Shown: in pieces, positions 12,901 to 25,040 of the stretch
How the letters are laid out: the number at the start of each line of letters is the position of its first letter
Numbering within the stretch: the first letter of the stretch is position 1
Assembly: GCF_963676685.1 (NCBI RefSeq)
Contig: NC_092346.1
Coordinates: forward strand, 86,552,001 to 86,616,000
Length of the DNA: 64,000 bases
Direction: 5' to 3'
DNA from: Mytilus edulis
Taxonomy: Eukaryota
The notes under the pieces: model-generated
The model's database searches: none
Told to the model about the DNA's origin: nothing
Seen by the model: only the letters and a program-made list of their open reading frames with translations
Position numbers and translations under genes: made by a program

Positions 12901-15644
12901 GTTGTTGATCATATTTTGCTCTGACTGTTTATGACGTTTTCACACTAAATCCATTGGATGTTTGATGTGTACTACTTACTATTTAGTCTTACATACGTCT
13001 GGTTTTTTTTTTATTAGTTGTCTACTTTGTGTTTTTGTTAGATGTATTTCTCTTTGATTTCATCTGATGAGTTAATCCTTTTTTCAACTGATTTATATAG
13101 TTTGATTTTATACTGTACTATTTAACCATTGTCTAATGTTACGTGAGGCTCTCAAAAATGTTCATTCCCGCCACATTCTTTATGTTCCTGTCACAAGTCA
13201 GGAGTCTGTTACTGTAGTTCTGCGGTTGTCGTTGGTTCATGTCAGTCATATTTGTTTTTCTTTAGCTGTCTTCATTACGTTTTATAACGTTTAAAACAAT
13301 AATTCAAATAGTAATTAACAGTCTACATGTTCGTCTATGTCATAAGTAATTTTTAATTGTCTGACTTGGTTTTATTACGACAAACAAACAAATACTTTTG
13401 TAGGCGTAAAACCACCATTGATTTTATCCGATTAGTCTTTGTTAAACTTGCACTTTTTTTTAATTTATCTTTGTTTAAATAAAGAAATACATGTACTTGC
13501 CATGGCATGAATAAACTTTAAGATTTATCCTACACAGTACTATGGACACAATTTCACAAACCATTTCATTGCATATAAGGAAATAACCATCACTGGAAGT
13601 CAACCAATCAAAATAATGTGCACATCTTTTTTACCTTTAGTAACCATGTAACCTCCAGTTTCCAAAATATTCTACAGAAACACCTAAGATATATGTTTTT
13701 TATCCAGATTTATTTTACTGCAATGAAATGTAGGATTCATTTACCCAATTGTCAAATTCAAGGGAATATTTTTTTCGACAATTTTTCGTACGCAATCGGA
13801 TGTGAAATACTTTGATTTGGTGGTATCACTCTTTGCAGACATCATTTCGTAATGATTCAGAAGCATGTTAACATGATAAGTTTTATACCTATGACAGGAA
13901 TACCATACGCTTCCGTATATTTCTGGTAGAATTGATCCAGACCATTTGGTTTCATAAAGTTTTTGCTGCGTAAATCTTTCGGGACCTCCCTAACATGGCA
14001 ACAGCTATGTGATGACAATGGTTTCCCTGGTCGCAGATTAAATTCTGACCGTCTTTTTCTAGGATTAAACTCTTAAATAGAAATAAATTAGTAATGTTCA
14101 TTGTACTTACTAAAATTACGGTATAATTACTATACATTGTATATATAACGTTACGGACTTTTCTATCGAATGTTGCAGCGAAATAAATGCCTTCTTCAGA
14201 CAGTTGTCCATGGTAAATGACATCGTTTTTACAGTAAAGTAACCTTGGCTAAAAAACAACGTTTTTCCATTTAGTACATCTACCCTCAATGTGTCCATTA
14301 TTTAGAGGTTTGTGTGCAGAAATACTGTAGGTTTTTTTTACTTCAAAGTAAATTTCTTACCAGATTCAGTAAAATATTTGTAATAATCGGCCTCTGATAG
14401 TATTTCCTCCTTATCCATCCAATTTAGTCCAAATTGGGATTGTATTACAGTGTCCATATCTTGTCGCCTTCCTTGGAAAGAAATATTCGTTAGTTATAAT
14501 AGAAAATATGACGAACGTATATTATACATCTTGATTTAACGTGTTTGTTTAGATATAATGTATTATATTAAATACTAAATATGTTTCTTAAGTTTATAAT
14601 CAAGGTTTACATGCATAAATGGTATACCAAATATATAATTGAAAATACACACGCAAAGGATGCTATAAGTGTAAAATACAAACTTGGAGATTAAAGCAGA
14701 CCTTAAAACTATGTTTGAGAATTCATTAAATGAGTTTTACCTATTTAAGTTGACCTTTCATATTGCACATGTTAATTTTAATATTCATGCTGTGAAGTTT
14801 TGTTTGTCTTCCTTTTTTGTCTTTTTGAAGATGTCGATGATTTTCGACATATTCCTGTTTGTACTTTTCTTTTATTCTTTGAATTTAAATATTTACACAA
14901 AATTTTAATTAAAATAAAATCGCATACGTAGTTCATATGAACTAATGTTATTCTTAGAGTTATCAATTCAACATTGGATATTGCCCTTATCGTTACTAAC
15001 ATTGATTTTAAATTTGAACAAAAAAAAATATGTATACTATTGCTATCCAATAATTGACACTTATGGTCATACATCCGTTCGATTCTTATTTTTTAGTATG
15101 GTATTGGGTAATAAAGCTTATCTATATAAAAAGAAGATGTGGTATGATTGCCAATGAGACAACTATCCACAAAAGACCAAAATGACACAGACAATAACAA
15201 CTATAGGTAACTAAAAGGCCCCGATAAGACAATGTAAAACAATTCAAACGAGAAAACTAACGACCTTATTTATGTAAAAAAAATGAACGAAAAACAAATA
15301 TGTAACTTACACATAAACAAACGACAACCACTGAATTACAGGCTCCTGACTTGGGACAGGCACATACATAAATAATGTGGCGGGGTTAAACATGTTAGCG
15401 GGATCCCAGCCCTCCCCCTAACCTGAGACAGTGGTATAACAGTACAACATAAGAACGAACTATAAAAATCTGTTGAAAAAGGCTTAACTCATCAGATGGA
15501 CAAAAATACAAGTGGACGTGGCTATGACTGCTTTTAATTGACAAATTATTGCTTGCTTACCTGTCAGTGGGGACATATTTGTTGCATTCCCAGGATGGGA
15601 ATAAACTAACAATTTGTACAATAGTTAAAAATGTAGTTGCTGGC
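986..15644 (-). CDS. Spliced gene: HExxH zinc metallopeptidase (ATLF/anthrax-lethal-factor-like zincin) with four C-terminal ShK (ShKT) domains
   Basis: GT-AG exons read by hand: 15644-15561 (tentative, signal-peptide-like), 14471-14361, 14026-13889 (FYQKYTEAYGIPVI), 12536-12097 (HEVAH...TYAMNSSAEYF), 9278-9101 (AEGVQSYF...), 8274-8176 (donor tentative), 4828-4706 (ShK1), 3363-3166 (T/E-rich linker), 2463-2338 (ShK2), 1835-1710 (ShK3), 1104-986 (ShK4, stop). Phases are consistent from 14471 to the stop. The 5' end is uncertain; a possible first exon ends at 18681 and gives a split AT|G. Confidence 0.8.
5157..5356 (+). repeat. Short interspersed repeat (GGAGCAGGATCTGCTTACCC...), related to the Penelope-like 3' end
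   Basis: Similar to 7790-7990 (+) and about 21180-21330 (-). Confidence 0.6.
6470..7990 (+). mobile_element. Decayed Penelope-like retroelement (RT pseudogene plus 3' repeat)
   Basis: Broken frames give YQQRYIAGS..PLSKSLTSIL, RVLQHTIGIPMEINCASLLFDFYLYSYEADF and HIDLHLEVGNDGRFKAKP*DKRDDYSLRIVNF..AYGVYIS, typical of Penelope-like RT. Many stops and frameshifts. Confidence 0.8.
9677..9938 (+). repeat. Interspersed repeat family A (GAAGATGTGGT..TGCCAATGAGACAA..)
   Basis: Near-identical to 59697-59950. Further copies at about 11446-11710(-), 15125-15525(+), 25615-25820(-), 32935-33125(+), 34285-34697(+) and 55780-56230(+). Confidence 0.85.
9939..10442 (+). repeat. Interspersed repeat family B (TGCCTGAT.TTCATATGATGAA...GTCTGGAGCTGGCATGTCAG)
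   Basis: Colinear with 59310-60200; partial copy at about 57370-57630. Confidence 0.85.
15125..15525 (+). repeat. Interspersed repeat family A, long copy
   Basis: Colinear with 34285-34697, including GGCTTAACTCATCAGATGGACA. Confidence 0.8.
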
Positions 15645-16169
15645 CTGGACGAAGTACGGGAAACTTAGACTGTCAACAGCAAATGAAGGTATATTGGTTA
15701 GGTACAGTAATTTTCCTCTGAAAGTTGTTGCAAGATTCTACAACTTTTATAGAGCATTACAACAAATTGCAAACTAAACGTCCCACAGGTATTTTCTGAT
15801 GGACGGGTAACCATGTTTGTCTGTTTATGACATCTTTAGAATACATCGTTTGGTAGTGTACATATTGATTTTTAAGTATCATGGGGGGAATAAAATAGTT
15901 TATATATTAGTTAAAATCGGACTTGGACGTTACATTCAATAATTAAGAATATACTTAGATCGGTACTTTTTGTCTTTTGGTTTCTTATTTGTTTTCTGTT
16001 AATAGTGTCGGTCTTATATGTCTATTACTTTCTAACTGAGGATTACAGCTTGTGCAAGTGTCGTGTTGCTATTGTTAGAAGTAAGGGAATAGAGGACAGC
16101 ACTTACACATATTTTAACCCGACACATGCTTGGTCTCTCATTAATCTGTACAGATTGGCTTATGTATAC

Positions 16170-16256
16170 AAAAATGTATCTTTTATAATGTATTGTGTAA
16201 TTTTATACATAAGGTGAGACGTAAATAAAATATTGAATTGAATTGAATTGAATTGA
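16170..16256 (+). repeat. Probable LINE 3' tail ending in (ATTGA)n
   Basis: AATAAA followed by (ATTGA)n; a similar (TTTCAA)n tail lies on the opposite strand at about 16829-16852. Confidence 0.45.
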
Positions 16257-17812
16257 TTAATACAAAAGCATGAGTCTATTTTCCAAAGCTTGTTATATGT
16301 TACTAGCTGCCATACTTGTTTGTTTTTTATATTGGTGAAACAGTTGTAGTAAATAAGCTTTCTATAAGCCTTCGGTTTTTTGTTTTTATTGTTTCTGAAT
16401 TGAACACTCCTGGCTTAATTTCTATACGGTACTGTTTTTTGCTTGTTTTTTTTTTTTTTTTTGCTAGCCTGGTCCAAAGAACCAAGTAAGCTTTTCTCGT
16501 CTCTTGTCGGTCGTTGTCGTTATCGTCTGTCTATATCATCATCCATTAACTTCTACACAAGTATTCTCCTCTAAACACCGGAACCAAATTTCGCATTAAT
16601 TGGCCACACTCCTTTGGGGTATTTTGAAAAAAATGACCTCGCTTGCCAACCGACATGCACATCGAATTGTTAAGATATCAACATAATACATGTGTTAGGA
16701 TAGTTTAATGTTATAATCTTAGCTTAAAAATCGATTTACATATAGAAGATATGACAGGACAGAAATTTTACTGCAAGAAGACAATTCACGTCTTAAGGAT
16801 TGAGATCGAACCCCAAGTTTCGCGTCTAATTTCAATTTCAATTTCAATTTCAATATTTTATTGGAAAGAGCACAATAGAGGCGTGATCAAAATACAGACA
16901 ATTATAATATTAAAACAACATATAAATGAATTAAAGATGCATGTAACAACAAGTCATAGGCCAATTCTATGTATACCATTATAAATTGATATTGATACCA
17001 TAAACTTATACATCAGTATTATTTTAAATTTTCATAAATTTACTTCAAACACACAATCGCCTATATGAGATATATGTGTATATGCACGAACTACTGTAAA
17101 AGATTATTACCTGATGAAACGGTATGGTGGTCTCTCAAATCAAGAGCTTCTTCAATATACATACAAATAGATTTTAATTCATAATAGATAACCTTGAAAT
17201 CCTGTTAAATAACGAATTTTACCAATTGTTTGCGTTTTGTCTGAAATCTTTTATAGATAGGTAGAAATTTTAAAAAGAAAACAATAAAAGGATCAGCAAA
17301 AAAGATATAAAAAAAATCAAATGGTCGGTATTGTCATTTATTAACTTAAGACTTGAAAGTTCTTCAACGTTATTGATCTTTAAAGACACTCTTTACTTAG
17401 TCTACTTTTAAGTGTTTGTTCCTATTTTTCTTCAAAACCATTATGTTATCAGTTTTTGTCTGTTATCATGAAAACTCTAGAATATAGATAACACCAACAA
17501 GACAACATAATATACAAATAAGTCAATGTTTCCCAAATCGTTAATAGACTCTTTATAGGAATGATTGCCATTAATTGACAATGTTGTTGTTGCTGTTTGA
17601 TAATTGCCCTGTCAATTGCATAAGAAAGTACGAAAGATATAGAAAATTGTAAAATACTCGATTAACAAGAAATACATTGCATTAACACAAAAAGTCATTC
17701 TATGCTAGTCTACAATGTGTGAACGTGTTCGTTGTTGAAGATTCACATATACGTTGAATAGGATTGCCCTCAAATAACTTTTTGTTGAAACAGGCCGATA
17801 TCACGGTGTTAA

Positions 17813-18426
17813 AGGGGCACTTGCTTCGAGATAGATAAAAAATATAATATATGATTTTTTTGTTCAATCATTAATGATAGTGAAATTGTGAAATAATTCT
17901 TCGCTTTTAGCAGCCAATATGGTTCAATTTTGTCAAAATAAGGTAAGAAACATTGATGAATTATTCACTTGCAAGTGAATAATTCGACCTCATTGAATCT
18001 GTATTTATGTGAACTGCAATGTAACCCCTTAGCCACAGATGGATACCACGTGATGTGTATGTGTTAAGTTATTTAAAGGAAAAAATGTCAACATGGAAAG
18101 TGAAACAAATGAGAATCATTTGATTGACTGATTCGATCCACAAAAAACTAAGAAATTAAACAGACCTCGTTTTTTTGTCTTTATTTCTGTGTATGTCGCA
18201 TATATGGTCATCGGATGACTTCGGAGGTCAAATCGATAGTTAATTAGATGGCGTCTAAACTAAAATACACACGAAACGAAGCTACGTATTATCATGCCCA
18301 TGCCCTGTTAATTATTATTTTATGCTTTTAATAGTTTGGATATATGTTTAACATTGTTACAAGTCAAATATGAAAATTTGACTCAAATCGGTGAACATGA
18401 ATTTGACAGCTACATGTAGTGCCCCT
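17813..18426. mobile_element. Non-autonomous Kolobok-type DNA transposon (MITE), 614 bp
   Basis: TTAA|AGGGGCACT...AGTGCCCCT|TTAA, i.e. a TTAA target-site duplication with AGG termini. Confidence 0.8.
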
Positions 18427-21400
18427 TTAATAGACCAGAAAAAAATGCATTTTTGTACTTGAAATACAATAGAAGACAGGTTTCATTTCATTTTACAGAT
18501 ATAATGCAATAAGGAGACAGTATATTAAGCCATATTATTATAGGCGTCCATCGTCATTTTAGCTTATACAGTTTTTGATCACAGAAAATATAAAAGACAT
18601 AATTATGTAATAAACCTTTGTCCATTCTTTTCCATGCAATTAAACGTAAAGCAGACATGTTATAAGTAGCCGATACTTACATGTAATATAGATCATTATT
18701 CTTCTCGGATGTATTCATTTATCAGTTATGTATGCATTATGTATTTATTTATCATAAAAAAATATATTGTATTTGCATATATATTATATATATATATTAC
18801 ATGTCTTTCAAGTGATTAGCATTATTTTCTGAAAGTAATAAAATAATTGAAATAAATTGAACGTTGGACAATGCTCCTTCAATTGCTTTTGAATGTTGGA
18901 GGTCCTTCGGTGACTAGCAATTTTTCTCATCTTCGTTCATTGATCCATGTCATTTTTTTAATATACATTCTGCATTTTTAATAAATAAACCACTTTGATA
19001 TTAAACATTATTTTAAAGTTTTCAACAAGCATTTTTATTGCATATTAGTAAATAAAATAAATATGATTAGTGTCATTCAAACCCCATGCATTGGTAGTAA
19101 TACAACGAAGTAAATTAAACAGATGACAGCCAAAGTGTACTTTAAATATCGTGTGATTTGGATAAAATTAAATACAAATAGATGTTGTAAACAAGGGATA
19201 TTTTGGACTAGATTGTGCATACTGAATCAATGAAGACTTTGTTGTCGTTTTCTTTTGTACCTAAAGTAGTCATTTGATGTTGTCAGCTTCACGATTACAA
19301 TTTAACGAATCATTAATCATTATAACTGTGTTAATTTCAATCCTACATCGTCATGCCTATTTAAAATATTTAAAATTGGTACCTTCATGTTGTAGATCTA
19401 TATGTTTTGCTTCAGCCAACGGAATCGTTACGGTAACTATAATCCACATCGAGATGTACTCTAGCATTGTTTTAACAAACATTACAAAGAAACACACTTA
19501 ATATTTTCCTAGGTAGATACAACTATGATATAACTCATAAATAAGATTGTCAGGAAGAAACTGGACTTGTGAATCCAATACACACATCGGAAGGATTATG
19601 ATCGTACACCAAGTTTTACGTCTAATTAGTAATTATTCATTATTAGATAGCTTAATAACCTTGAAATCATATTAATATACATAATTATGGAAATCACTTT
19701 AGCCTGTCTCGAATTATCATTGCGTGCCTATCGATAACACAAGTAATTACGGACGAAATTCGAAACGGACCTGTTGAATATTCGTTAAAAAAAAGAGGAA
19801 AAGAACAATACAAAAGTTTACATACAAGCACTGAAAACATATAGTTTCGTTTTATAATTAAAAGGCAAGGATGCAGTGAATCAATTCATAATAATACACA
19901 AAAATCGTCAAAGGCACATTAAGAATCAAAAGCGCCTTTATTGCTGTGTTTCATCTCAAAGTCACAATGATCACTTCAACAGGGAACAGCAATTCTGATC
20001 TAACTGCAAGTTCAAGATGGTCCATATCACCGGTTTGAGTTGAATCCCTGATAGATGTCGATCACGCTTCGACTGTAAAATTGATAAATTATGTTTATTG
20101 TATTCACTGTTTTTTAAAACAGTAACAAGGGTTACCATAAAATAAACTTTCAGTACTTTTTGATGAAATTAATAGCGCCAGCACAACTCGTACAATGCTC
20201 ATTCCAACTGCCTTTGTAACGACAATCTGAACGAATTAACTGTATTCCTAACCAGGAAAGCTTAAAATTATTCAATGATCCAAGAAAATGAAGGCAAGGT
20301 CAGACGAACCCTGCAAGACAGACATGTCCACCTTATAATACTTGCATGCTTTAAATAAAGTTGACCTTCGGCATATAGTATCAAAGAAACAAACTTATCC
20401 AGGAAAACTGAAGATTAAATTGAAAAAGAGCTCATTGTCAGATGATAATTGAAAGTGAGACATAACCACCTCACAATCATTCACGAAAGATTGTTAACCT
20501 ATTACTTATAGTGTTAGAAAAATAGACCCCGAAACAAACACTTAATTAACATTGAGTTATAGAAAGCCTCAGCTGTCATATATTAGAGATTTACAAAACG
20601 TTATGCTGAAGCTTAAAATGTAAAGTTTAGACATCGTGATATTGAATTGAGTCATCAAAATCCTAACTCTAAATTACAATATGCTAAGTTGAATCTGTGC
20701 AATGTTGACTTGCAATGACAAGTGCTTTAGTCATGATAGTATAATGATAAGTCACAATGTTGTGATGATATGCCAAACACACGTAACGTTGAGTTAAAAG
20801 TAAATGATGTGAAGTTGACGTTGCATGATGTTAGCTTGCAGATTGATAATGCTCAGTCATCCACTTATATTGCTATGATAATAAATAAATAGATAAAGTC
20901 CTTACACATTCCATCATTAGAGACGATATATGCCAAAGGGGTTTCAAACTCATAAGTCGAAAACAGACTGACAATACCATTGCAAAAAAATAAAAACAGA
21001 CTGACAATGCCATGGCAAAAAATAAAAGAAATAAAAAAAAACCGAGGGAAGAATCGAAAAAAAAACCTGAATAAAAATACACAAAAATGGATAAAAGAAG
21101 GCGAAAGAAACAAAAAGGGATAGTAAAACTTTTAACAAAACTGACAGTGTCATGACAAAAACTCATCAGCTGAAATAAAGAGAGAAAAAAAAATAAAAGC
21201 CAAACAACAGTATATTAAGCGCAACATAGAAAACCAAAGACTGATCAACACGAAACCCTAAAAAAAGGTTTATCTTAGGTTCTCCTGAAGGGTAAGCAGA
21301 TCCTGTTTTGTATGTGGCACCCGTCACTTGGCGATTTTGCAAATAAAGAAGGAATGTGTTATAATTTTCGAGGAACTCCAAAAAACATGAATTACAGGGT

Positions 21401-21499
21401 GTCAAGTTTATAAACGTGCTCAAAATAGATATAGGTAGATGTGGCTCCTTTTCATAAAAAAAACAATTGATGATAATGTATTTGTGTTTAAAGTGGAAA

Positions 21500-21925
21500 G
21501 TGGCAAATATTACATGCATATAAGGACGAGAGTGTGTAAGTGTGATATGAATATAAATACATCTTGGCTCTGTACAAGACATATTTTGCTTGCTTAGCCG
21601 AATTTTTGACACACTAGTTGACAAACCGTCTCTGACAATCTAATGACATTCAAATAGCATCGGTTTTGATTAAGACCAGATTTTGTGGTTTTATTTTGGG
21701 GAAAAGGGTGCGTTTTATGTACAGTGGCAAATATTACATGCATATCAGGACGAGAACATGTGATATGAATATGAATAAACCCTGCTTTGTTACCAGACAT
21801 ACTTTACTTGACTAGCCGAATTTTCAACGAACTAATCGACAAACCGTCTCTGACATTCTATGGAAATCTTTATCGCATCGGTTTTGATTAAGACCGGTTT
21901 CGTTTGTTTTATTTCGGGGAAAAGA
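21500..21925 (+). repeat. Two diverged tandem copies of a unit of about 224 bp, plus a partial third near 22065-22150
   Basis: GTGGCAAATATTACATGCATA at 21500 and 21724, each followed by GACAAACCGTCTCTGACA and GCATCGGTTTTGATTAAGACC. Confidence 0.8.
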
Positions 21926-22699
21926 ACATTCAAATTTTCAGATACCTCTAACAAGGCCCGGGGTCACATTCTCATATAGCTCTGGTCCTCTCAGTCCTAC
22001 GTTTTAGCGTAGTATTTGTCTTATCAGTTAATCTTTGTTTTTTAAGATTAGGACTCCAGATTCTTATGTTTTATTTCGCGGAAAAGGGGAGTGGTAAATA
22101 CAAATTCTCCGATAACTCTTACATAGATGTGATTTTATATGAATAAATATTTGACCCTTACAGTCATATGTCATATAAAGCCACAACATTATGTTGTATA
22201 TATCAACACACAACACAGATAAATATTTTCTTAAATATTGATCATAAAAAAGGTCTGGGTTTAAATCATAAAAAAAATAAAATCCAAAGAAAACATGTAA
22301 AATATACGGCAAAACTGTATTCAAGTGTAATATATAGCTATGGGTAAATTTTTTGCTTTATGAATTTATGGAAAACTTTCTTTGTATATCCTTTTGCCTC
22401 TTGAGTTAAATTTCATTAATATTCATCAAGTTGCAAATGAAGAAGAAAACATCCTGGGGGATTTGTCCCTCATTCTTTTCCATAGAATTTCAGTTTCAAT
22501 TCACATAATTCTGTATTTGTTCTACGCATCATTATTGTCTTTCAATTTAACATAAAAACGATCTAACATTTGTACTATATTCGAAGTCAACACAAAAAAT
22601 CTTCAATTCTGCGCAAGTATATGTCATCCTATCATTGTTTTAATTTGATTTTACGCTCTGTTTTTATAACATAACATTTAAATGTTTCAAGTAAAGCCA

Positions 22700-23540
22700 A
22701 ACTACTTCAAATTTACATCGTGTAGTTTCAAGTCAACACATTGTATGTTACGCTTCTCGTGACGTGATAATGATATAACATCGTGCTATCTTAGCTCAAC
22801 AACACGTACTTTCAACTGTACGTCGTGTAGTTCTGAATGGTAAAATTGTATGGCCAGCCTATCGTGATATTATTACGATATAACATCGTGGTATCATAGC
22901 TCAACATCACATACTTTCACTTGTACGTCATGTAGTTTTGAATGAGCATAGTGTATGGCCAGCCTGTCGTGATATTATCATGATATAACAACATGCTATC
23001 ATAGCTTAACATCACATAATTTAAACTGTACGTTGTGTAGTTTTAAATGAGCATAGTGTATGGTAAGCCTATTGTGACATTCAAATGATATAACAACATG
23101 CTATCATAGCTTTACATCACATACTTTCAACTGTACGTTGTGTAGCTTTAAATGAGCATATCGTGTTGTAAACCTATCGTGACATTATACTGATATAACA
23201 TCATGCTATCTTAGCTTAACATTACAAAATTTCAACTGTACGTCGTGTAGTTTTGAGTGAGCATATTGTATGTTGAGCCCATCGTGACATTATACTGATA
23301 AAACATCGTGATATCTTAGCTTAACATCGTGTACTTTCAACGTTGCATCGTGTTGTTTTAAGTCAAAATATTGTATGGTAGACCTTTCGTTTCAATATAG
23401 TGGTATAGCTTCGTGTTATCTTAACTTATCATCATGTACTTTCAACTGTACATCATCGTGTTTTAAATCAATACATTGCATGATTGACCTATCGTAATAT
23501 CATAATGAGATAACATCGTACTATCTCAGCTCAACATTTA
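22700..23540 (+). repeat. 105-bp tandem array, about 8 copies
   Basis: A TTCAACTGTA-type anchor recurs at 22706, 22811, 22916, 23021, 23126, 23231, 23336 and 23441, exactly 105 bp apart. Confidence 0.92.
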
Positions 23541-24389
23541 TTAATAATAAGTCAGCACCATACATTTTAGCTATTCATTTTATTTATTATCATAGCAATG
23601 GAAGTGGATGACTGAGCATTATCAATCTGCAAGCTAACATCATGCAACGTCAACTTCACATCATTTACTTTTAACTCAACGTTACGTGTGTTTGGCATAT
23701 CATCACAACATTGTGACTTATCATTATACTATCATGACTAAAGCACTTGTCATTGCAAGTCAACATTGCACAGATTCAACTTAGCATATTGTAATTTAGA
23801 GTTAGCATTTTGATGACTCAATTCAACATCACGCTGTCTAAACTTTACATTTTAAGCTTCAGCATAACGTTTTGTTGCAGGTTGCAGTCTTGTAATTGAC
23901 TGCTCCATAGGCTTACATGCAAAACAGCTGATCTTTGAAAATAAAAAAATAAAAAATGATACATGGATAGAAAAAAAATTTCATGTTCATTACATGTATG
24001 TACTAATGTGAAATTGTGATTTAATCGGAAAAAAAGGGGGTCTTGCCACGAAGAATAAAAAGTTACGCAATCCTGAAATTAAAACATTTTTTTTCTAGTT
24101 TCTGTTTGCTATTTTTACTAGGCCGCACCACTTCCAGTAAACATGATATCCTTCCACTTTCCTGGATTGATATCCCCAAAAGATGCACGATTTTTTTAAA
24201 AGTCTATATATATGATTCAATTCAGCATAAACCTATAATCAAACAGAAAAAATTGAGTTCAGAAAAAAATTCAGAAAAAAATGCACTATTTTGTTTCCCT
24301 CCATGTTTTGACATGCACCGGAAAATGGAGTTGTTATACAAGACTGGTACCTTGTAAATCTCTAATATATGACAGCTGAGGCTTTCCAC

Positions 24390-25040
24390 ATTGAGCAATG
24401 AACCATAAAAATTACGTCCAGGTCAAATAACACATGCAAGGCTGACTGGTACATTTTAAAATATGTTCATACAACACCTAGTTGATATTGCATTCAGTTT
24501 TATAAAAACAAATAAAAAAAAAAAAAAACTTAATACTAACCACAGAACCATGAAAATGAGGTCAAGGTCAGATGAAAAGTGCCAGTTGAACATGTACACC
24601 TTACAATTATTCTATACACCAAATATAGTAGACACAAAAACTTAACTATAATAACTAATGAATCATGAAGATGAGGTAAAGGTTAGATGACACCAGTCAG
24701 TTTGACACTTATACCAAATATAGTACAGCTATTGCTTATAGGATCTGAGATATGGACTTGACCAACAAATCGTAACCTTGTTCAGTGATCCATATGAAAT
24801 GAGGTCGAGGTCAAGTGAAAAATGTCTGACGGACATGAGGACCTTGTAATGTAACCTTGCACGTACTAAATATAGTTATCCTATCACCATGAATAGAGAG
24901 TCACTGAAACATGAAAATGAGGTACAGGACAAATGACTTGTGACAAAGAATCTTCCTAACATCAAACATATATATTCCAAGCATGAAGCATCCAGATTTA
25001 CAACCTTCTAAAATATAAAGCTTTTAAGATAGCCGCCGTC
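24390..25040 (+). repeat. Diverged tandem repeat with a CATGAAAATGAGGTCAAGGTCA core; continues at about 20230-20550, left of the foldback insertion
   Basis: Core recurs near 24549, 24663, 24793, 24910 and 20285. Confidence 0.65.

Larger units (their letters stand above)
20562..24386. mobile_element. Foldback/MULE-like element with about 330-bp terminal inverted repeats
   Basis: 20562-20890 is the reverse complement of 23577-23875 plus 24352-24386; the right arm has about 480 bp extra. ACATTGAG lies at 20549-20556 and 24388-24395 (imperfect TSD). Confidence 0.8.

Noticed and set aside
20865-21800. Hydrophobic ORFs as membrane proteins
   Set aside because: Phe-rich translations of A-rich repeat sequence inside the foldback element.
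22700-23540. CRISPR-like array
   Set aside because: The whole 105-bp unit repeats with no unique spacers, there are no cas genes, and the context is eukaryotic.
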